From contig JBGSRO010000107.1 in assembly GCA_041737535.1 (NCBI GenBank), positions 6,399 through 70,398 on the forward strand: a stretch of DNA of 64,000 nt, written 5' to 3'. Each line of letters opens with the position of its first letter. Within the stretch, counting starts at the first letter, position 1. Source of the stretch: Pirellulales bacterium. Its GTDB lineage: Bacteria > Planctomycetota > Planctomycetia > Pirellulales > Lacipirellulaceae. The notes beneath the pieces are model-generated. The model did not search any database and was not told the DNA's origin. It saw nothing but the letters and a program-made list of their open reading frames with translations. Positions 53,201-63,880 of this stretch are shown here, in pieces. The position numbers and the translations under genes were made by a program.

Positions 53201-54439
53201 TGCCGCGATGTCGCGGGCACCGTCAATGTCGCCCGTGGCGACGGCACGCTCGGCCACGTCGGCGAGATGCTCGCTGCGGGAAACCAGCATTCGGGCGGTT
53301 TCTTCGAGCCCCGCCGTGCCGAGGGTCGGCAACATAACGCCACCATCTTGCGAAGCAAGACTAACAAGTTCGTTCAAGAAGGCGTTAGCGTCGTTCGGCT
53401 CGGGAAGCGCGATCGCAAAAGTGTGGGCCGTGCCGTTGAGTTCGCACGAGACCGAAACCGCAGCGGGAAGCTCGCCCACAATGCGTGCGACGACCACCGT
53501 GTCGCGGTCGGTCCGCAGCGGAGGCATCGTGTTTGGATAGACTTCGGTAACGCTCTCAGGCAGCGAAGCATGGCCGGTCCAAAGCACATCGGCGCGAAGC
53601 CAATCGGCGAGCCGATCGCCAATCGCACGGCCGCGCCGCTGGTTCTCGGCGAGTGCACGGTTGAAGTCGATCTTGTCTCCGACTTCTTCATCGTCGTTCT
53701 GCCAGACCACACCTTCATCGACGTAGAGATTGCCACCAGTTTGATTTGCGAGTGCCGCAAGGTATTGCGAATCGCGGCTTGGTCCGATCGCATAGCTCGT
53801 CAGCGAAATTTTCTCGGCAACATACGATTCGACGAGTTCGCGAGTCGCATCGGCCGGCAACAAATTGGCGGCGCTCATGCCGTCGCCGACGTACAGCACC
53901 ACACGGTCGCGTGCGGCTTGGCCATCACTCGAGTCAGCGAATAGCCGGGCCGCTTGCCGCAGCACAAGCTCTAAGTCTGTCGCCCCCAGCGGCGCTTCGC
54001 GGCGCAGGGCAGTAATCGCTTGTTTGAGGTCGTCGCTGCCCGGGTCGGCAAAGCCATGTGTGTATTCGCGAAGTTCGAGGTCGCCACCGGCGAGACGAAC
54101 GCGATCGCCTGGCACAAGTCGAGCGAGTGTTTGTTCGACGGCCGCCATCGCCGTATCGCGGTAGAGTCCGGCTTGGCTCGCCGAAGTGTCGACGACGACA
54201 ACAATGTCGCGAGGTCCCCCCTTGGCCCGCACGTCGGCGGTCAGGCTAACCGAGACGATGGCTGTGCCATCGCCGCATTTGTAAAGCCGAACCTCGCTCG
54301 CTTCGTCAGCCGCATGAGCGACGAGCGTCGAACTGATAAGGAGGGCCAAGGCCGATCGGATGGCGTGTTTCATAATGGGACCGAGACGAGCGAACAGCAT
54401 AGGGGTACTCCGTGGATGTACCAGCGAATGGGGCCACAT
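50234..54439 (-). CDS. Giant secreted multidomain protein (VWA domain, helical repeats, Gly-rich tracts)
   Basis: Signal peptide. MIDAS motif VVVVDTSASQAG (DxSxS). Gly-rich low-complexity blocks (GGQGGFGGQGG…, C-terminal GNGDGNGDGGAGGGAGGG). 1401 aa. Confidence 0.6.
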   Translation of the reverse strand: MWPHSLVHPRSTPMLFARLGPIMKHAIRSALALLISSTLVAHAADEASEVRLYKCGDGTAIVSVSLTADVRAKGGPRDIVVVVDTSASQAGLYRDTAMAAVEQTLARLVPGDRVRLAGGDLELREYTHGFADPGSDDLKQAITALRREAPLGATDLELVLRQAARLFADSSDGQAARDRVVLYVGDGMSAANLLPADATRELVESYVAEKISLTSYAIGPSRDSQYLAALANQTGGNLYVDEGVVWQNDDEEVGDKIDFNRALAENQRRGRAIGDRLADWLRADVLWTGHASLPESVTEVYPNTMPPLRTDRDTVVVARIVGELPAAVSVSCELNGTAHTFAIALPEPNDANAFLNELVSLASQDGGVMLPTLGTAGLEETARMLVSRSEHLADVAERAVATGDIDGARDIAANILESDPNNMRAATVHRLTTKGIKPRVKAEENAVRTNSHGRIKAMFVQTTLVAPEAGDTLTLRGDMVEGVPTPGEVSDGTYIGEIERNNRLFAEMLEKEVSVAIDQARNGMRADPETARQDLKLTLENVRLAPELIAEVRAQLVNRLTATLQEVARVEAIKADLDREIEERAAAVREQKLIYARLMREEESVDQLMSRFNALMDEQRFQEAEEVAQIVEEIKPHSVIARVATVWSGLERAIFLQEATRALRHRSSWETWHQVELSAIPFPDEPPIVYPDADVWEDLTNRRKKYAAVDLKGQGGAEQAISQALSSPLNNLGLEFLETPLEEVVSFLRDEYDIEIQLDRRALDELGIAPDEPITVNLRNVTLRSALKLMLKDLDLTYVIDDEVLLITSVDEAATRLTVKVYPVADLVLPIPDTGGGQGGFGGQGGIAGQQGGGGGFGGGGGGFGGGGGGQGGFGGGGAFSVPDDTTEVTVVATDKAVENGAQGQIQQPAAEPAPRVERRSAKELSAAVKIDENIAPEVFWDTHFAAGRRDLASVRGQVRDLMKAGRYDHVVALIQSALRHGQPQSWMYESLGIAMQLEGMPKPQIERAVMSAVDFSTSADELMFIAQYLQKLDLDERAGKLYHQVVKIDPQRAEAYLLGLRCGERTEDVDTLKWSTIGVIGQAWPENQDFIRDTALRLAQTTVDRLASEGDQAALDNYQSKLAAALKRDCVVRITWTGDADLDLIVEEPIGTVCSTHEPRTIAGGVSLGDSFSVAGGGDTGLFTETYVCPVGFDGSYRAKIQPVWGKVTANKVTVDVYTNYNSPTATHQRQQVELGKDGAIVNFELTGGRRDVPLAAAQVSAAAGRQEKIGRAVLNQQLGSMADVGAIPVRPGAAEQNRRNRLLAAGARGAVGFQPVIQVLPDGTQFSITAVISADRRYVRFTNLQGSQFSTIGDVTTFTFAGAGTQQDNGNGDGNGDGGAGGGAGGGAGGGAGGGAAQF

Positions 54440-54761
54440 GACCGCTGCGTTAAGATCGCGGCGGCCTGGTGCCGAGGATTTTTTGCCTATTTCTTACCTG
54501 GGTGCTCTCATGTTGAGGACACCCACCATGTTTAGTTTATTCGCCCCCGACCGCGAACGCTACAAGTTTCCCGCCAAATTGCGAGTCCGATTGTGCCGTC
54601 TTGGGGGGATTTTTGGTGTCATTGGCGCACCTAGAAGAGTTTCGTTCGCCCTAGGTTAAAGTATTGCTCATAACCGGTTCGAGTGTCGAATCACGTTTCG
54701 GATGAGACGGATGGCCTTTTTTGTGCCGCGCAGGGCGGTTAAAAAAGAGGGTTGAAGAACT

Positions 54762-55226
54762 GTGACTCACCTCCCAATCGCCGAATCACCAACTATGCCG
54801 TGCCGTGGGGTCCGTGGGGCCACAACCGTCGAAACGAACGACCGCGAGCAGATTCTGCGGGCGACCCGCGAACTGCTGGCACTGATGATCCGCCGCAACG
54901 ACATCGCCAAAGAAGAAGTGGCGAGCGCGATTTTCACCGTCACTCGCGACCTCGACGCCGAATTCCCGGCACTCGCCGCCCGCCAAATCGGTTGGCTCGA
55001 AGTGCCGCTGTTGTGTGGTTACGAAGTGAGCGTCGCCGGTTCGCTGCCGCGGTGCATTCGGATTTTAATGCATTGGAACACCGACAAGACACAGTGCGAA
55101 GTTCACCATATTTATGTCCGCGATGCCGTGCGGCTGCGTCCGGATCTGTCAGACATTCCGCAAGTCGACTTGGCCGAGTTAGAAGCGTGGATTCAAGAGC
55201 AGATGAGGCAGCCGGAACCTCGGTAG
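54762..55226 (+). CDS. aroH: Chorismate mutase, AroH class
   Basis: Strong similarity to monofunctional AroH (GVRGATTVE…, [11 protein letters not shown]…, [14 protein letters not shown]). The true start may be MPCRGVRG at ~54795. Confidence 0.7.
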   Translation: MTHLPIAESPTMPCRGVRGATTVETNDREQILRATRELLALMIRRNDIAKEEVASAIFTVTRDLDAEFPALAARQIGWLEVPLLCGYEVSVAGSLPRCIRILMHWNTDKTQCEVHHIYVRDAVRLRPDLSDIPQVDLAELEAWIQEQMRQPEPR

Positions 55227-55350
55227 GAGCCGCCGATTAACCGACCGTTGGATGGGCGATGGGAGTCGCGATGACAAGAAAGGCTGTTTTGCGTTTCGCA
55301 GTGGTGGTGCGACGACATCAAGAACCGTTTGATCGACTGATCGCTGCCCA

Positions 55351-56010
55351 GTGCCTGCGGTACGATTCGACGCTCGTGTCGGTCGACAAACAGTTCGACG
55401 GCGATGGCGTGCGTCGAGTCTGGTAGTTGATCGGGGCGGAGCCAACGCAAAGGTAGTTCAATCGTTGACCCCCATTGGCCACAGTTTGACGGGAGCTTCC
55501 CTCGCGATTTTCGCGATCCCGCGCGGGGCCTCGTGGCGGGTCGCGGTCCCGGTAGTCGCCGCCTGTGTCGCGGCGGCGAGCATTCCCGACTTCTCGCTCC
55601 CCGGTTGGGGGCACGACGACATTCTTCGTAGCCACAGCCTGTGGGTCGCGCTGGTCGGTGGAACTTCGCTGGCGATTGTGCTGAGTGTCGCGCGACGGGG
55701 CGTACTCAAATCGATTCCCAAGTGGTTGCCTCTGGGCCTCGCGCTCTGTTGGCTCAGTCACATTCTGCTTGACGCGATGTACGCCGGTACGCCCGGCCTC
55801 ATCATCGGCTGGCCCTTCGACAAGCGTCGGCTCGCGCTACCGGTTTGGTGGCTCCACACGGCCCACAAACATGGCGACTTGCTGAGCCCGCACAACGTGC
55901 GGGTGTTCTTGCTGGAGCTCGCCACGTTCGGGCCGGTGTTCGCGACGGCGGTTGGCGTGCGATGGTGGTTCGGCCGAGGACGCGCGAAGCCGGTTGGGGG
56001 AAATGGCTGA
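55351..56010 (+). CDS. Membrane-bound metal-dependent hydrolase (DUF457/YdjM-like)
   Basis: His-containing TM segments (IGHSLTGASLAIFAI…, SHSLWVAL…, SHILLDAM). Start uncertain. Confidence 0.45.
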   Translation: MPAVRFDARVGRQTVRRRWRASSLVVDRGGANAKVVQSLTPIGHSLTGASLAIFAIPRGASWRVAVPVVAACVAAASIPDFSLPGWGHDDILRSHSLWVALVGGTSLAIVLSVARRGVLKSIPKWLPLGLALCWLSHILLDAMYAGTPGLIIGWPFDKRRLALPVWWLHTAHKHGDLLSPHNVRVFLLELATFGPVFATAVGVRWWFGRGRAKPVGGNG

Positions 56011-56290
56011 ATCAGTGCCGAACTCCTGCCCTTGGTAAACCGCTGCGAGCAGACAAGCAACCGACCAGCGACGCGATCGGCGGCGAAAGCCGTCGCTGGC
56101 CGCAATGGGCTTCGTGACAGTTTTCGCGTCGGTCGCCACCGTCCAGGAAGGCTGCCTAGGAAGGCCGCGAAGCTCCCGCGCTGACTAACCAGCCCGTTCA
56201 CAATTTGGCCAGAAGGGGGGGCGAACGCAAACAGCCGGTCGAGTCAAACCCGACCGGCTGCGATAGCTTTCTAGTCTTTACCAACCGGAA

Positions 56291-56986
56291 CTAACCGAGG
56301 TGACGACGCATGGCGACAATACCGGCCAAGCAAGCACCCAGGGCGAGGTAAGCCGTGGCGGGCTCGGGGACAACGCCGCCACTAACTGTGACGGTGTCGA
56401 CACGGTTGGTGCCAGTGGAAGCGACCGTACCCGGAGGAGTGGCATCGGCCGTCGTGGTATTGATGAGGCGAAAATCAACTGCCGACGCTCCGTTGAGAGC
56501 GGTGATCGACGAAAGATCGAAGGAAAAATTGTAACCGCTAATTTCAGTCGTTGAATTCCAATTACCGACGCCAGGTGCGGTGGTGGAGTTAGGCAGGACG
56601 ATGTAGGGCGCTACATCGATGAAACCACCGCCGTCCACCTGGTACGCCAACTTGAAATCAAGAGGTCCTGTGCCACTGCTCGTTTGTGCGAAGGTCAAAA
56701 CGATGTCTTCAAACCCGATTGTCGAGGTCGAAAACTGGTAATAATCGCCGACAGCCCAATTGTTTGAGCTGAATGACTCTGAGGTACCATTACCAGCTGG
56801 GTTCGAATACGTCGCGGTGCTCGCATGAACGCCCGATGCGCTACCCACACCAACTTCCGCCGCGTGCGGACCAGCGGTGGCTGGAACCGATCCTTCAAAG
56901 GTCCACTGCGTGATAATTCCCGCATCTGCATTCGCGAACAGCATAGCTGACGCAAAGCAAGCAACAACAAAACTTCGAATCTTCAT
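56291..56986 (-). CDS. PEP-CTERM sorting-domain secreted protein
   Basis: Signal peptide (MKIRSFVVACFASAMLFANADA). C-terminal VPEPATAYLALGACLAGIVAMRRH (PEP motif, TM helix, basic tail). Confidence 0.7.
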   Translation of the reverse strand: MKIRSFVVACFASAMLFANADAGIITQWTFEGSVPATAGPHAAEVGVGSASGVHASTATYSNPAGNGTSESFSSNNWAVGDYYQFSTSTIGFEDIVLTFAQTSSGTGPLDFKLAYQVDGGGFIDVAPYIVLPNSTTAPGVGNWNSTTEISGYNFSFDLSSITALNGASAVDFRLINTTTADATPPGTVASTGTNRVDTVTVSGGVVPEPATAYLALGACLAGIVAMRRHLG

Positions 56987-57381
56987 TAGAACAATTCTCC
57001 CTTTCAGACGGTTCAGGCGACCGCCGCTTAACCAAAGTAGTGAAACGTGATTCGTGTCTCCCACCTCACGGGGCGGGAAGTGTCACTCCGGTACGACCGA
57101 AGTCCACGCCCGACAGCTTACACAGAGATGATCACCACGCTAGTCTTTTTCTCAAAAATTAACCCAATTATCACAATGCCCCAAACAAGTCGCGGTTAGC
57201 CGAATCGATCGTGCGATGGGAGATCGGGGTCCCGGCCCCTTCGTATCGACGCCGATCGTCGGGCGAGAACGGGCCGGGGGCTCGTTCTACGGTTGCTGGG
57301 CGCGCCACTCGCCTCCGGCAGCTTGGCGATTATGATGGAGAGCCTCCGACAATTTCCCGCTCCCCATTCGCGACAACCAGC

Positions 57382-58707
57382 ATGAAAATCGCCGTTATAG
57401 GCACCGGATACGTGGGGCTCGTCACCGGCACTTGTTTTGCAGATTCGGGCAACGACGTCACTTGCATCGACATTAACGAGAAAAAGGTCGAAGCCCTTAA
57501 CCGGGGCGAGATTCCGATCTACGAACCGGGGCTGGCCGAACTGGTCGAACACAACGTCGAGGCGGGGCGGTTGACATTCACGACCGATACGCCCGCCGGC
57601 GTGAAACCGGCCGATGTGATTTACCTCGCCGTGGGCACACCTCAGTCCGAAAGCGGCGCGGCCGATCTCTCGGCCATGTGGGGGGTCGTCAAGGCGATCG
57701 CGCCGCATTTGCGTGAAGACGCCGTTGTGGTGACCAAGAGCACGGTGCCGGTTGGGACCAACGCCACCATCTATGGAATGCTCAAGGAACTGACAGGCCG
57801 CGACTGTGACGTGGCGAGCAATCCCGAGTTTCTTAAAGAAGGGGCGGCGATCGAGGACTTCATGAAGCCCGATCGGGTGGTGGTTGGCGTTCGTCGGCCC
57901 GAAGTGGCCGACATATTGCAAAGGCTCTACAAGCCATTTCTCCGGACTGAAAAACCGTTCTTAGTGATGAGCCCCGAGAGTGCCGAGATGACGAAATACG
58001 TCGCCAACGCGCTGTTGGCGACGAAAATTAGCTTTATTAACGAAATGTCGAACCTTTGTGAACGGATGGGGGGAGACATCAACGACGTCCGTCGCGGCAT
58101 CGGTCACGACAGCCGGATTGGCTTCGCGTTTCTGTTTCCCGGCGTTGGCTACGGCGGCAGTTGCTTTCCCAAGGATGTCCGTGCGCTGGCGGCCATGACC
58201 CGCGACATGGGGCTCGAGCCAAGGATGCTCGAAGCGGTCGACGCCGTGAACGAAGAGCAGAAAACGGTGCAAGCGAAGAAGTTGTCAGCGCATTTCGGCG
58301 ACAAGCTCAAAGGCAAGAAAATTGCGGTCTGGGGCCTCGCCTTCAAACCCCGCACCGACGACATCCGCGAAGCCCCGGCATTGGTGCTGATCGACTGGCT
58401 TTTGGCGCAAGGAGCCGAAGTTCGCGTTCATGACCCCGAGGCGATGGAAAACGTGAAAGCCGAAATGGGTGACAAGGTCAGCTATTGTGCGCGCCGCATG
58501 AACGCACTCGACGGAGCCGACGCACTTTGCATTATGACCGAGTGGAAGGACTATCATTCGCCCGACTTCGCCGAGATGAAAAAGCGAATGGCGTCGCCGG
58601 TGATTTTCGACGGGCGGAACCTTTACGACACCCAGCAACTTGCGAAACTCGGTTTCATCTATCACAGCATCGGGCGTCAGACGGTGTCGGGCGAGCCGTC
58701 GACGTAA
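57382..58707 (+). CDS. ugd: UDP-glucose 6-dehydrogenase
   Basis: N-terminal Rossmann [16 protein letters not shown] and catalytic Cys region GGSCFPKD. Start at the internal ATG 57382. Confidence 0.85.
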   Translation: MKIAVIGTGYVGLVTGTCFADSGNDVTCIDINEKKVEALNRGEIPIYEPGLAELVEHNVEAGRLTFTTDTPAGVKPADVIYLAVGTPQSESGAADLSAMWGVVKAIAPHLREDAVVVTKSTVPVGTNATIYGMLKELTGRDCDVASNPEFLKEGAAIEDFMKPDRVVVGVRRPEVADILQRLYKPFLRTEKPFLVMSPESAEMTKYVANALLATKISFINEMSNLCERMGGDINDVRRGIGHDSRIGFAFLFPGVGYGGSCFPKDVRALAAMTRDMGLEPRMLEAVDAVNEEQKTVQAKKLSAHFGDKLKGKKIAVWGLAFKPRTDDIREAPALVLIDWLLAQGAEVRVHDPEAMENVKAEMGDKVSYCARRMNALDGADALCIMTEWKDYHSPDFAEMKKRMASPVIFDGRNLYDTQQLAKLGFIYHSIGRQTVSGEPST

Positions 58708-59146
58708 GTCGCCGGTGTTTCGCCAGCAGCGCCGACTCTGCGGGCACCGGTGGCTGGCGCCAACCGGCTCGCTACGGGAGTGGCGTAGGCTCGCGAGAGA
58801 GACCCCTCGCAGAGAAGGGGCTGCAGCACTAAACTGGCGGTCCTTAATCAGTTAAGGAATGAATCAAGAATAACCTGGTAGGTTTGCGAAATTGGCATCG
58901 ATCACAGTGCGAACGTCATTCTCGCCTGCTAGGTTGTGAAAAAATGGGACTGGCTCCGCACAGAGTTGGGCGAGAGCCACGAGTCGGGCACAAGTGCGGT
59001 GCCTGTCCCACTTTTTCGCAACCTAGCGCGTTGCAGAGTGAATAAATGGGACAGCGACTGTCTTAAACGTCAACGGCATTCACGATGGAATTCCAAGTTG
59101 TTTTTGATCCATTCCTAAGCCTGCCCGCTCGAAAGGAGCCCCTCCG

Positions 59147-60184
59147 ATGCCTTTGGTTCCCATGCGTTTGTTGCTCGATCATGCCGCCGAGAATCACTAC
59201 GGTTTGGCCGCGTTCAACGTGAACAACATGGAGCAAATTCAATCGATCATGGAGGCGGCTGAAGAGACCGAATCTCCGGTCATCGTACAGGCCTCGCGCG
59301 GAGCGCGCAGCTATTCGCAGGATGCCTACCTGCGCCATCTGATGCTGGCAGCGGCGGAGCTCTATCCGAATATCCCGATCGTGATGCACCAAGACCACGG
59401 CAACAGCCCCGAAACGTGCCAAAGCGCAATCGAGAATGGGTTCACTAGCGTGATGATGGATGGCTCGCTCAAGGCCGATGGCAAAACGCCGGGCGACTTC
59501 GATTACAACGTCAAAGTCACGAAAGAAGTCGTCGCCTCGGCCCATAAACAGGGTGTTTCGGTTGAGGGTGAACTCGGCTGTCTCGGTTCACTCGAAACGG
59601 GGGGGGGCGAACAAGAAGATGGCCACGGAGCGACCGAAGCGCTCTCGCACGATCAACTTTTGACCGATCCCGACGAAGCGGAGCAATTCGTTGCCGCGAC
59701 AGGGGTCGACGCCCTGGCGGTCGCCATTGGCACGAGCCACGGGGCCTATAAATTCACCAAGAAACCGACCGGCGATGTGCTGGCGATGGACCGCATCGAA
59801 GAAATCCATCGCCGATTGCCCAACTGTCACCTCGTCATGCACGGTTCGAGCAGCGTGCCGCAGGAACTGCAAGACATGATCACGAAGTATGGCGGCATAA
59901 TGCCACAGACTTATGGGGTGCCAGTCGAGGAGATCCAGAAAGGAATCAAGCACGGCGTTCGTAAAATCAATGTCGATACCGACAACCGGATGGCAATCAC
60001 CGGTGCGATTCGCAAGGTGTTTGCCGAGTCGCCCGAGAAGTTCGACCCGCGCGACTACTTGAAACCTGCCCGGGCGGCAATGAAAGACGTTTGCGTCGCC
60101 CGCATGACCGCCTTTGGCCAAGCCGGCAACGCTGGGAAGATCAAGTGCGTTTCGATCGCCGAGTTTGCGAGCTTCTATCGATAG
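59147..60184 (+). CDS. fbaA: Fructose-bisphosphate aldolase, class II
   Basis: Class II FBA signature ([11 protein letters not shown]…, MHQDHG, LHGSS). Confidence 0.85.
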   Translation: MPLVPMRLLLDHAAENHYGLAAFNVNNMEQIQSIMEAAEETESPVIVQASRGARSYSQDAYLRHLMLAAAELYPNIPIVMHQDHGNSPETCQSAIENGFTSVMMDGSLKADGKTPGDFDYNVKVTKEVVASAHKQGVSVEGELGCLGSLETGGGEQEDGHGATEALSHDQLLTDPDEAEQFVAATGVDALAVAIGTSHGAYKFTKKPTGDVLAMDRIEEIHRRLPNCHLVMHGSSSVPQELQDMITKYGGIMPQTYGVPVEEIQKGIKHGVRKINVDTDNRMAITGAIRKVFAESPEKFDPRDYLKPARAAMKDVCVARMTAFGQAGNAGKIKCVSIAEFASFYR

Positions 60185-60491
60185 CGTCGGTCACCCACAT
60201 CGCAAACCGGCGGCCGTTTGAGTCGCAATCGATCGGTTGTCGATTGCCACCGCTGGCTTGGCAGCAGTGCGGAGCGGATGCCAAGTGCCCACTGCCGGAC
60301 AAGCCGGACAGTGGAACCCGACTCGCCAATTTATTTTTGAACGGCAATGAGCCTCACATAATTTTTGTCGACAAGATTCGTTTGCCGCGCCTCGCGACGA
60401 GTGATACGATACGTAAGTTCGCGTGCCACGACCCCGATGTATCGGGGCGTGAGGTAAGCTCGCGGAGTGAGCTGTCGAGTAAGCACTGACC

Positions 60492-61547
60492 ATGGCTGTT
60501 CCCAATCGCTTTAGTTGGAGTTTGTGTCTCGCTCGGTGGCGGCGTTTTGAGCTGCGTATCCACATTTCGCTCGTGCTGCTCGCATTGATCGCGATTGCAT
60601 ATAGCTTCGAGACCGAAACGCCGTTCGGCCTGCTCCTGCTTGGCGCGCTGTTGCTGAGTCTTATCGTTCACGAAGCGGCCCACGCGTGGGTGGCGATTCG
60701 CCTTGGGGGCGAGGTCCGTCGCGTGGTACTAGGACCGCAAGGGGGCCTCGAATCGCCCCACGTTCCCGACGAGCCCGAACCGCAGATTTGCACTGCCATG
60801 GCTGGCCCGGTGGCCCACCTTTCGTTGACGGTGATTGGCACCGCCGTTCTTGCCGCGATGGGTGACAAGAGCGAACTACTGAGGCTGTTTAACCCGGCCA
60901 ACTTGCAAGATGCCGGTGCGCTCGATACCGATCACTTCGTCACGTTTATGCGCTCGCTGGTGTGGGTCAACTGGTTGCTGTTCTTGCTCAACTGGATTCC
61001 CGCTTACCCGTTCGATGGTGCCCCCACGCTACGTGCGCTGCTTTGGCCCGTGGTTGGTCGCCGCACGGCTGTGGTGATCACGAGTCGGGTTGCCCTGGCC
61101 GTGGCGGCGCTGCTCGTCGTTGGTGGTGTCGCCACGCGACTGCTCGCTGGCGACACACCGTTTCCAGCGTGGACGACACTGGTGATGCTCGGGCTGTTTG
61201 TGGCCGTGAGTTCGCAGCGAGATTTACTGCTCTCGCGATGGCTGTCGCAGGAACACGACGAATTCGCCCTGCCCCATGGCATCGATGACACCATTGATGA
61301 GTCGTGGCTTGCCGAAGATTCTGAAAGCATGGTATTGGTCGAACAACATCACGATCAACTCCGCGAGCGTTATGAGCGGCAGCGCAAGGCTCAGGAAGCC
61401 TACGAAGACGCCCGGGTCGACGACATTCTTGCCCGCATTCACAACGGGGGGATCGATCATCTTTCGCCCGAAGATCAGGCCTTCTTGCAGCGCGCCAGCC
61501 AGCGGTATCGCAGCCGTCGCAGCGAGGCGGTGGACAAACCGAATTAA
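60492..61547 (+). CDS. Site-2 protease family (M50) membrane metalloprotease
   Basis: HExxH within a TM helix (IVHEAAHAWVAI). Multiple TM helices. Second motif region NLLPAYPFDG-like (NWIPAYPFDGA). Confidence 0.65.
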   Translation: MAVPNRFSWSLCLARWRRFELRIHISLVLLALIAIAYSFETETPFGLLLLGALLLSLIVHEAAHAWVAIRLGGEVRRVVLGPQGGLESPHVPDEPEPQICTAMAGPVAHLSLTVIGTAVLAAMGDKSELLRLFNPANLQDAGALDTDHFVTFMRSLVWVNWLLFLLNWIPAYPFDGAPTLRALLWPVVGRRTAVVITSRVALAVAALLVVGGVATRLLAGDTPFPAWTTLVMLGLFVAVSSQRDLLLSRWLSQEHDEFALPHGIDDTIDESWLAEDSESMVLVEQHHDQLRERYERQRKAQEAYEDARVDDILARIHNGGIDHLSPEDQAFLQRASQRYRSRRSEAVDKPN

Positions 61548-61770
61548 CGGCGTCAAATTTGCCGTCACCGGTCGCCGTTAAATGCTACTATTTGAGTAGG
61601 TTTTGCCTTGTGACGCATTGCGATCGCTGCCGCGCGAGTCGCCCCTTGGCGAATTTGGTTCGCTACAGTCGTTATAGTCGTCATCGGCGGCTACCCTTTC
61701 GTCAAATTTCCGTCGGATTCCCGCTAGCGAGACGCTGGACATCTGCGCCGACGGTCGCTGCGCCGTACTT

Positions 61771-63555
61771 TTGCTGGCCATATCGACCCCGTGTCCGCTA
61801 GCACCCCTTCGCTTAACTGTGCTCACCACCACGCTCAACCATCACGCTCGGAGCCATGTTGCCCGCGAAGATTTCGTGCCGGGTCGGCATGAGGATGCGG
61901 GTTTGACGCGGCGGTTTGAGATCGCTTTTCGGCAGTCGTTTGCACTGTTCGACGTTGCGACGGGCGAACTACGCCACCGTCCTGCCGATTGGTTGAACGT
62001 CGATCTCGCCTCGCGACTCGGCTTGCTTGAGGAAGTTCATCGCCGTGGTCGGCCCGAAATCATCGAAGACTACGCGCCGATCGTGCTGCTCGCAGTGCCG
62101 CTACCGATTGATGAAAAGAAGCCCGCGTCGCACATCGCGATCACCGCGCTGCTGTCGCAACCAGCCGTCGGCATCGACAACATCGCTCCGGCCGCTCACA
62201 TCGTTGGCGTCGACGCTGAGAGCGCGCTGCGATGGTCGCAAGGGCGAATGGTGTGGCCCCCTCATGCGGCGCTTGAACTTGCCAGGTCGTTGGAACAAAA
62301 CATCTCGGGCGCGCGGATCGAAGCAACCCTCCGTCGCCAGCTCTCTAACGTCTCGAAGCACTTGCTGCAATCGCTCGAAGAGCTCAGCCTGCTACATCGC
62401 TTGACCGAACAGCTCACCCTCTCGCGTGAAGGGAGCGATTTGATCGCGATGGCGCTCGAATGGCTCAGCCGCGTCGTGCCGGCCCAATCGCTTGCCGTGC
62501 ACTTTTGCGACGAAGCCGCGCTTGGTCAAGAATTGGGCGAAGACGTGGTCGACCGCACGATCGTGTGGGGCGACTCGCCGATTGCCACGGGCGAATATGC
62601 GCGACTCATCGAGCGGCTTGGCCCCGATGTCGATCGCGAGTGTCTGCTGCTGGATGGCCGCGCCTTGCGTTCGCCGACGTGGTTTTACTCGGAAGTGACG
62701 CAACTTATTTGCGTACCGATTCGGACCGCCACAAAGCAACTCGGCTGGTTGCTCGCTCTGGGGCATCGCCCTGGGAGCCGCTATGATGAAACCGACTTTG
62801 GTGTGATCGAATCGAGCCTGCTATCGAGCGTTGCTGCGATACTCAGCGTCCACTTCGGCAACCTTCGGCTGTTCTACGAACAGAGCGAGTTCTTTGCCAG
62901 TGTCGTCAAGGCACTCAGCTCGACGATTGACGCCAAGGATCCCTACACACGCGGACACAGCGAACGGGTCGCCCGCGTTGCGGTTTGTCTCGCCAAACAT
63001 TTGGGGTGCAGCGAAGAGGAACTCAACACGCTCTACTTCGGCGGCTTGATGCACGACATCGGCAAGATTGGCATCGACGACGCTGTGCTCCGCAAACCCG
63101 AGCAACTGACGCCCGACGAGTTCGAACAAATCAAACAGCATCCGCAACTCGGCTACGACATTCTCGAAGGAGTCAAGCAACTCGAACACCTGCTCCCTGT
63201 CGTGTTGCACCACCACGAAAACTGGAACGGACAAGGCTATCCGAGTGGACTCGCCGGAGAGACGTGTCCGAAACTGGCCCGCATCGCGGCCGTGGCCGAT
63301 GCGTTCGACGCGATGTCAAGCGACCGTCCTTACCGCAAGGGAATGGCCGACGATACGATGCACAAAATTTTCCGCGATGGTGCCGGAGTGCAATGGGATC
63401 CGCAGGTGATCGAAGCGTTCTTTGCCGCCCGCGATGAAATTCGCGAGATCGTTGCCAAAACCAACGCGGAAATCAAACCGCTAGTCGTTTCTTGCAATCG
63501 GGCACCGCTACAATCGCAGCCGATTGAAATCGCCGAGCGTCCGAACGTCAGCTAG
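61771..63555 (+). CDS. HD-GYP domain cyclic-di-GMP phosphodiesterase with N-terminal sensory (GAF-like) region
   Basis: HD-GYP motifs (YTRGHSERVA, LMHDIGKIGI, HHHENWNGQGYP, DAFDAMSSDRPY). Start codon uncertain. Confidence 0.75.
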   Translation: MLAISTPCPLAPLRLTVLTTTLNHHARSHVAREDFVPGRHEDAGLTRRFEIAFRQSFALFDVATGELRHRPADWLNVDLASRLGLLEEVHRRGRPEIIEDYAPIVLLAVPLPIDEKKPASHIAITALLSQPAVGIDNIAPAAHIVGVDAESALRWSQGRMVWPPHAALELARSLEQNISGARIEATLRRQLSNVSKHLLQSLEELSLLHRLTEQLTLSREGSDLIAMALEWLSRVVPAQSLAVHFCDEAALGQELGEDVVDRTIVWGDSPIATGEYARLIERLGPDVDRECLLLDGRALRSPTWFYSEVTQLICVPIRTATKQLGWLLALGHRPGSRYDETDFGVIESSLLSSVAAILSVHFGNLRLFYEQSEFFASVVKALSSTIDAKDPYTRGHSERVARVAVCLAKHLGCSEEELNTLYFGGLMHDIGKIGIDDAVLRKPEQLTPDEFEQIKQHPQLGYDILEGVKQLEHLLPVVLHHHENWNGQGYPSGLAGETCPKLARIAAVADAFDAMSSDRPYRKGMADDTMHKIFRDGAGVQWDPQVIEAFFAARDEIREIVAKTNAEIKPLVVSCNRAPLQSQPIEIAERPNVS

Positions 63556-63880
63556 CTTCCGTGGCTTCCGCAAAGGTCGTGATTCCCGCACCGGCGGGAA
63601 TCAGATGCTTAGACAGATCTCTTGTTTGGCTTGGACGCCCGTGATGTGATTTGGCCGAAGGCCTTTTTCACCGTAGCCTTGGGCATCGCCCAAGGTAGGC
63701 TGGGCGTGCCAAAAGACTTTGGCTGAAAGCCAGAATGAATCGATCGACCTCTGCGGTTGAACGTGGCCTTCGGCCAACAATAAATTGTGTATAAGTGACA
63801 GGTGGGGAATCTCGACGAGTCGATTAGCCCTTGTATCGTTCGCGCAGACAAGAAAAACTCTAAGAACCTATCCCAGAACC

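Noticed and set aside
51101-53944. 457-aa and 367-aa plus-strand ORFs (51101..52474, 52841..53944)
   Set aside because: Both lie antisense within the 1401-aa secreted VWA protein gene. They have no motifs and are shadow frames.
58936-59118. 60-aa + strand ORF (MKKWDWLR…)
   Set aside because: Its repeated KWD residues are a translation artefact of the aatgggac inverted/direct repeats upstream of fbaA. The region is more likely regulatory RNA/DNA than coding.
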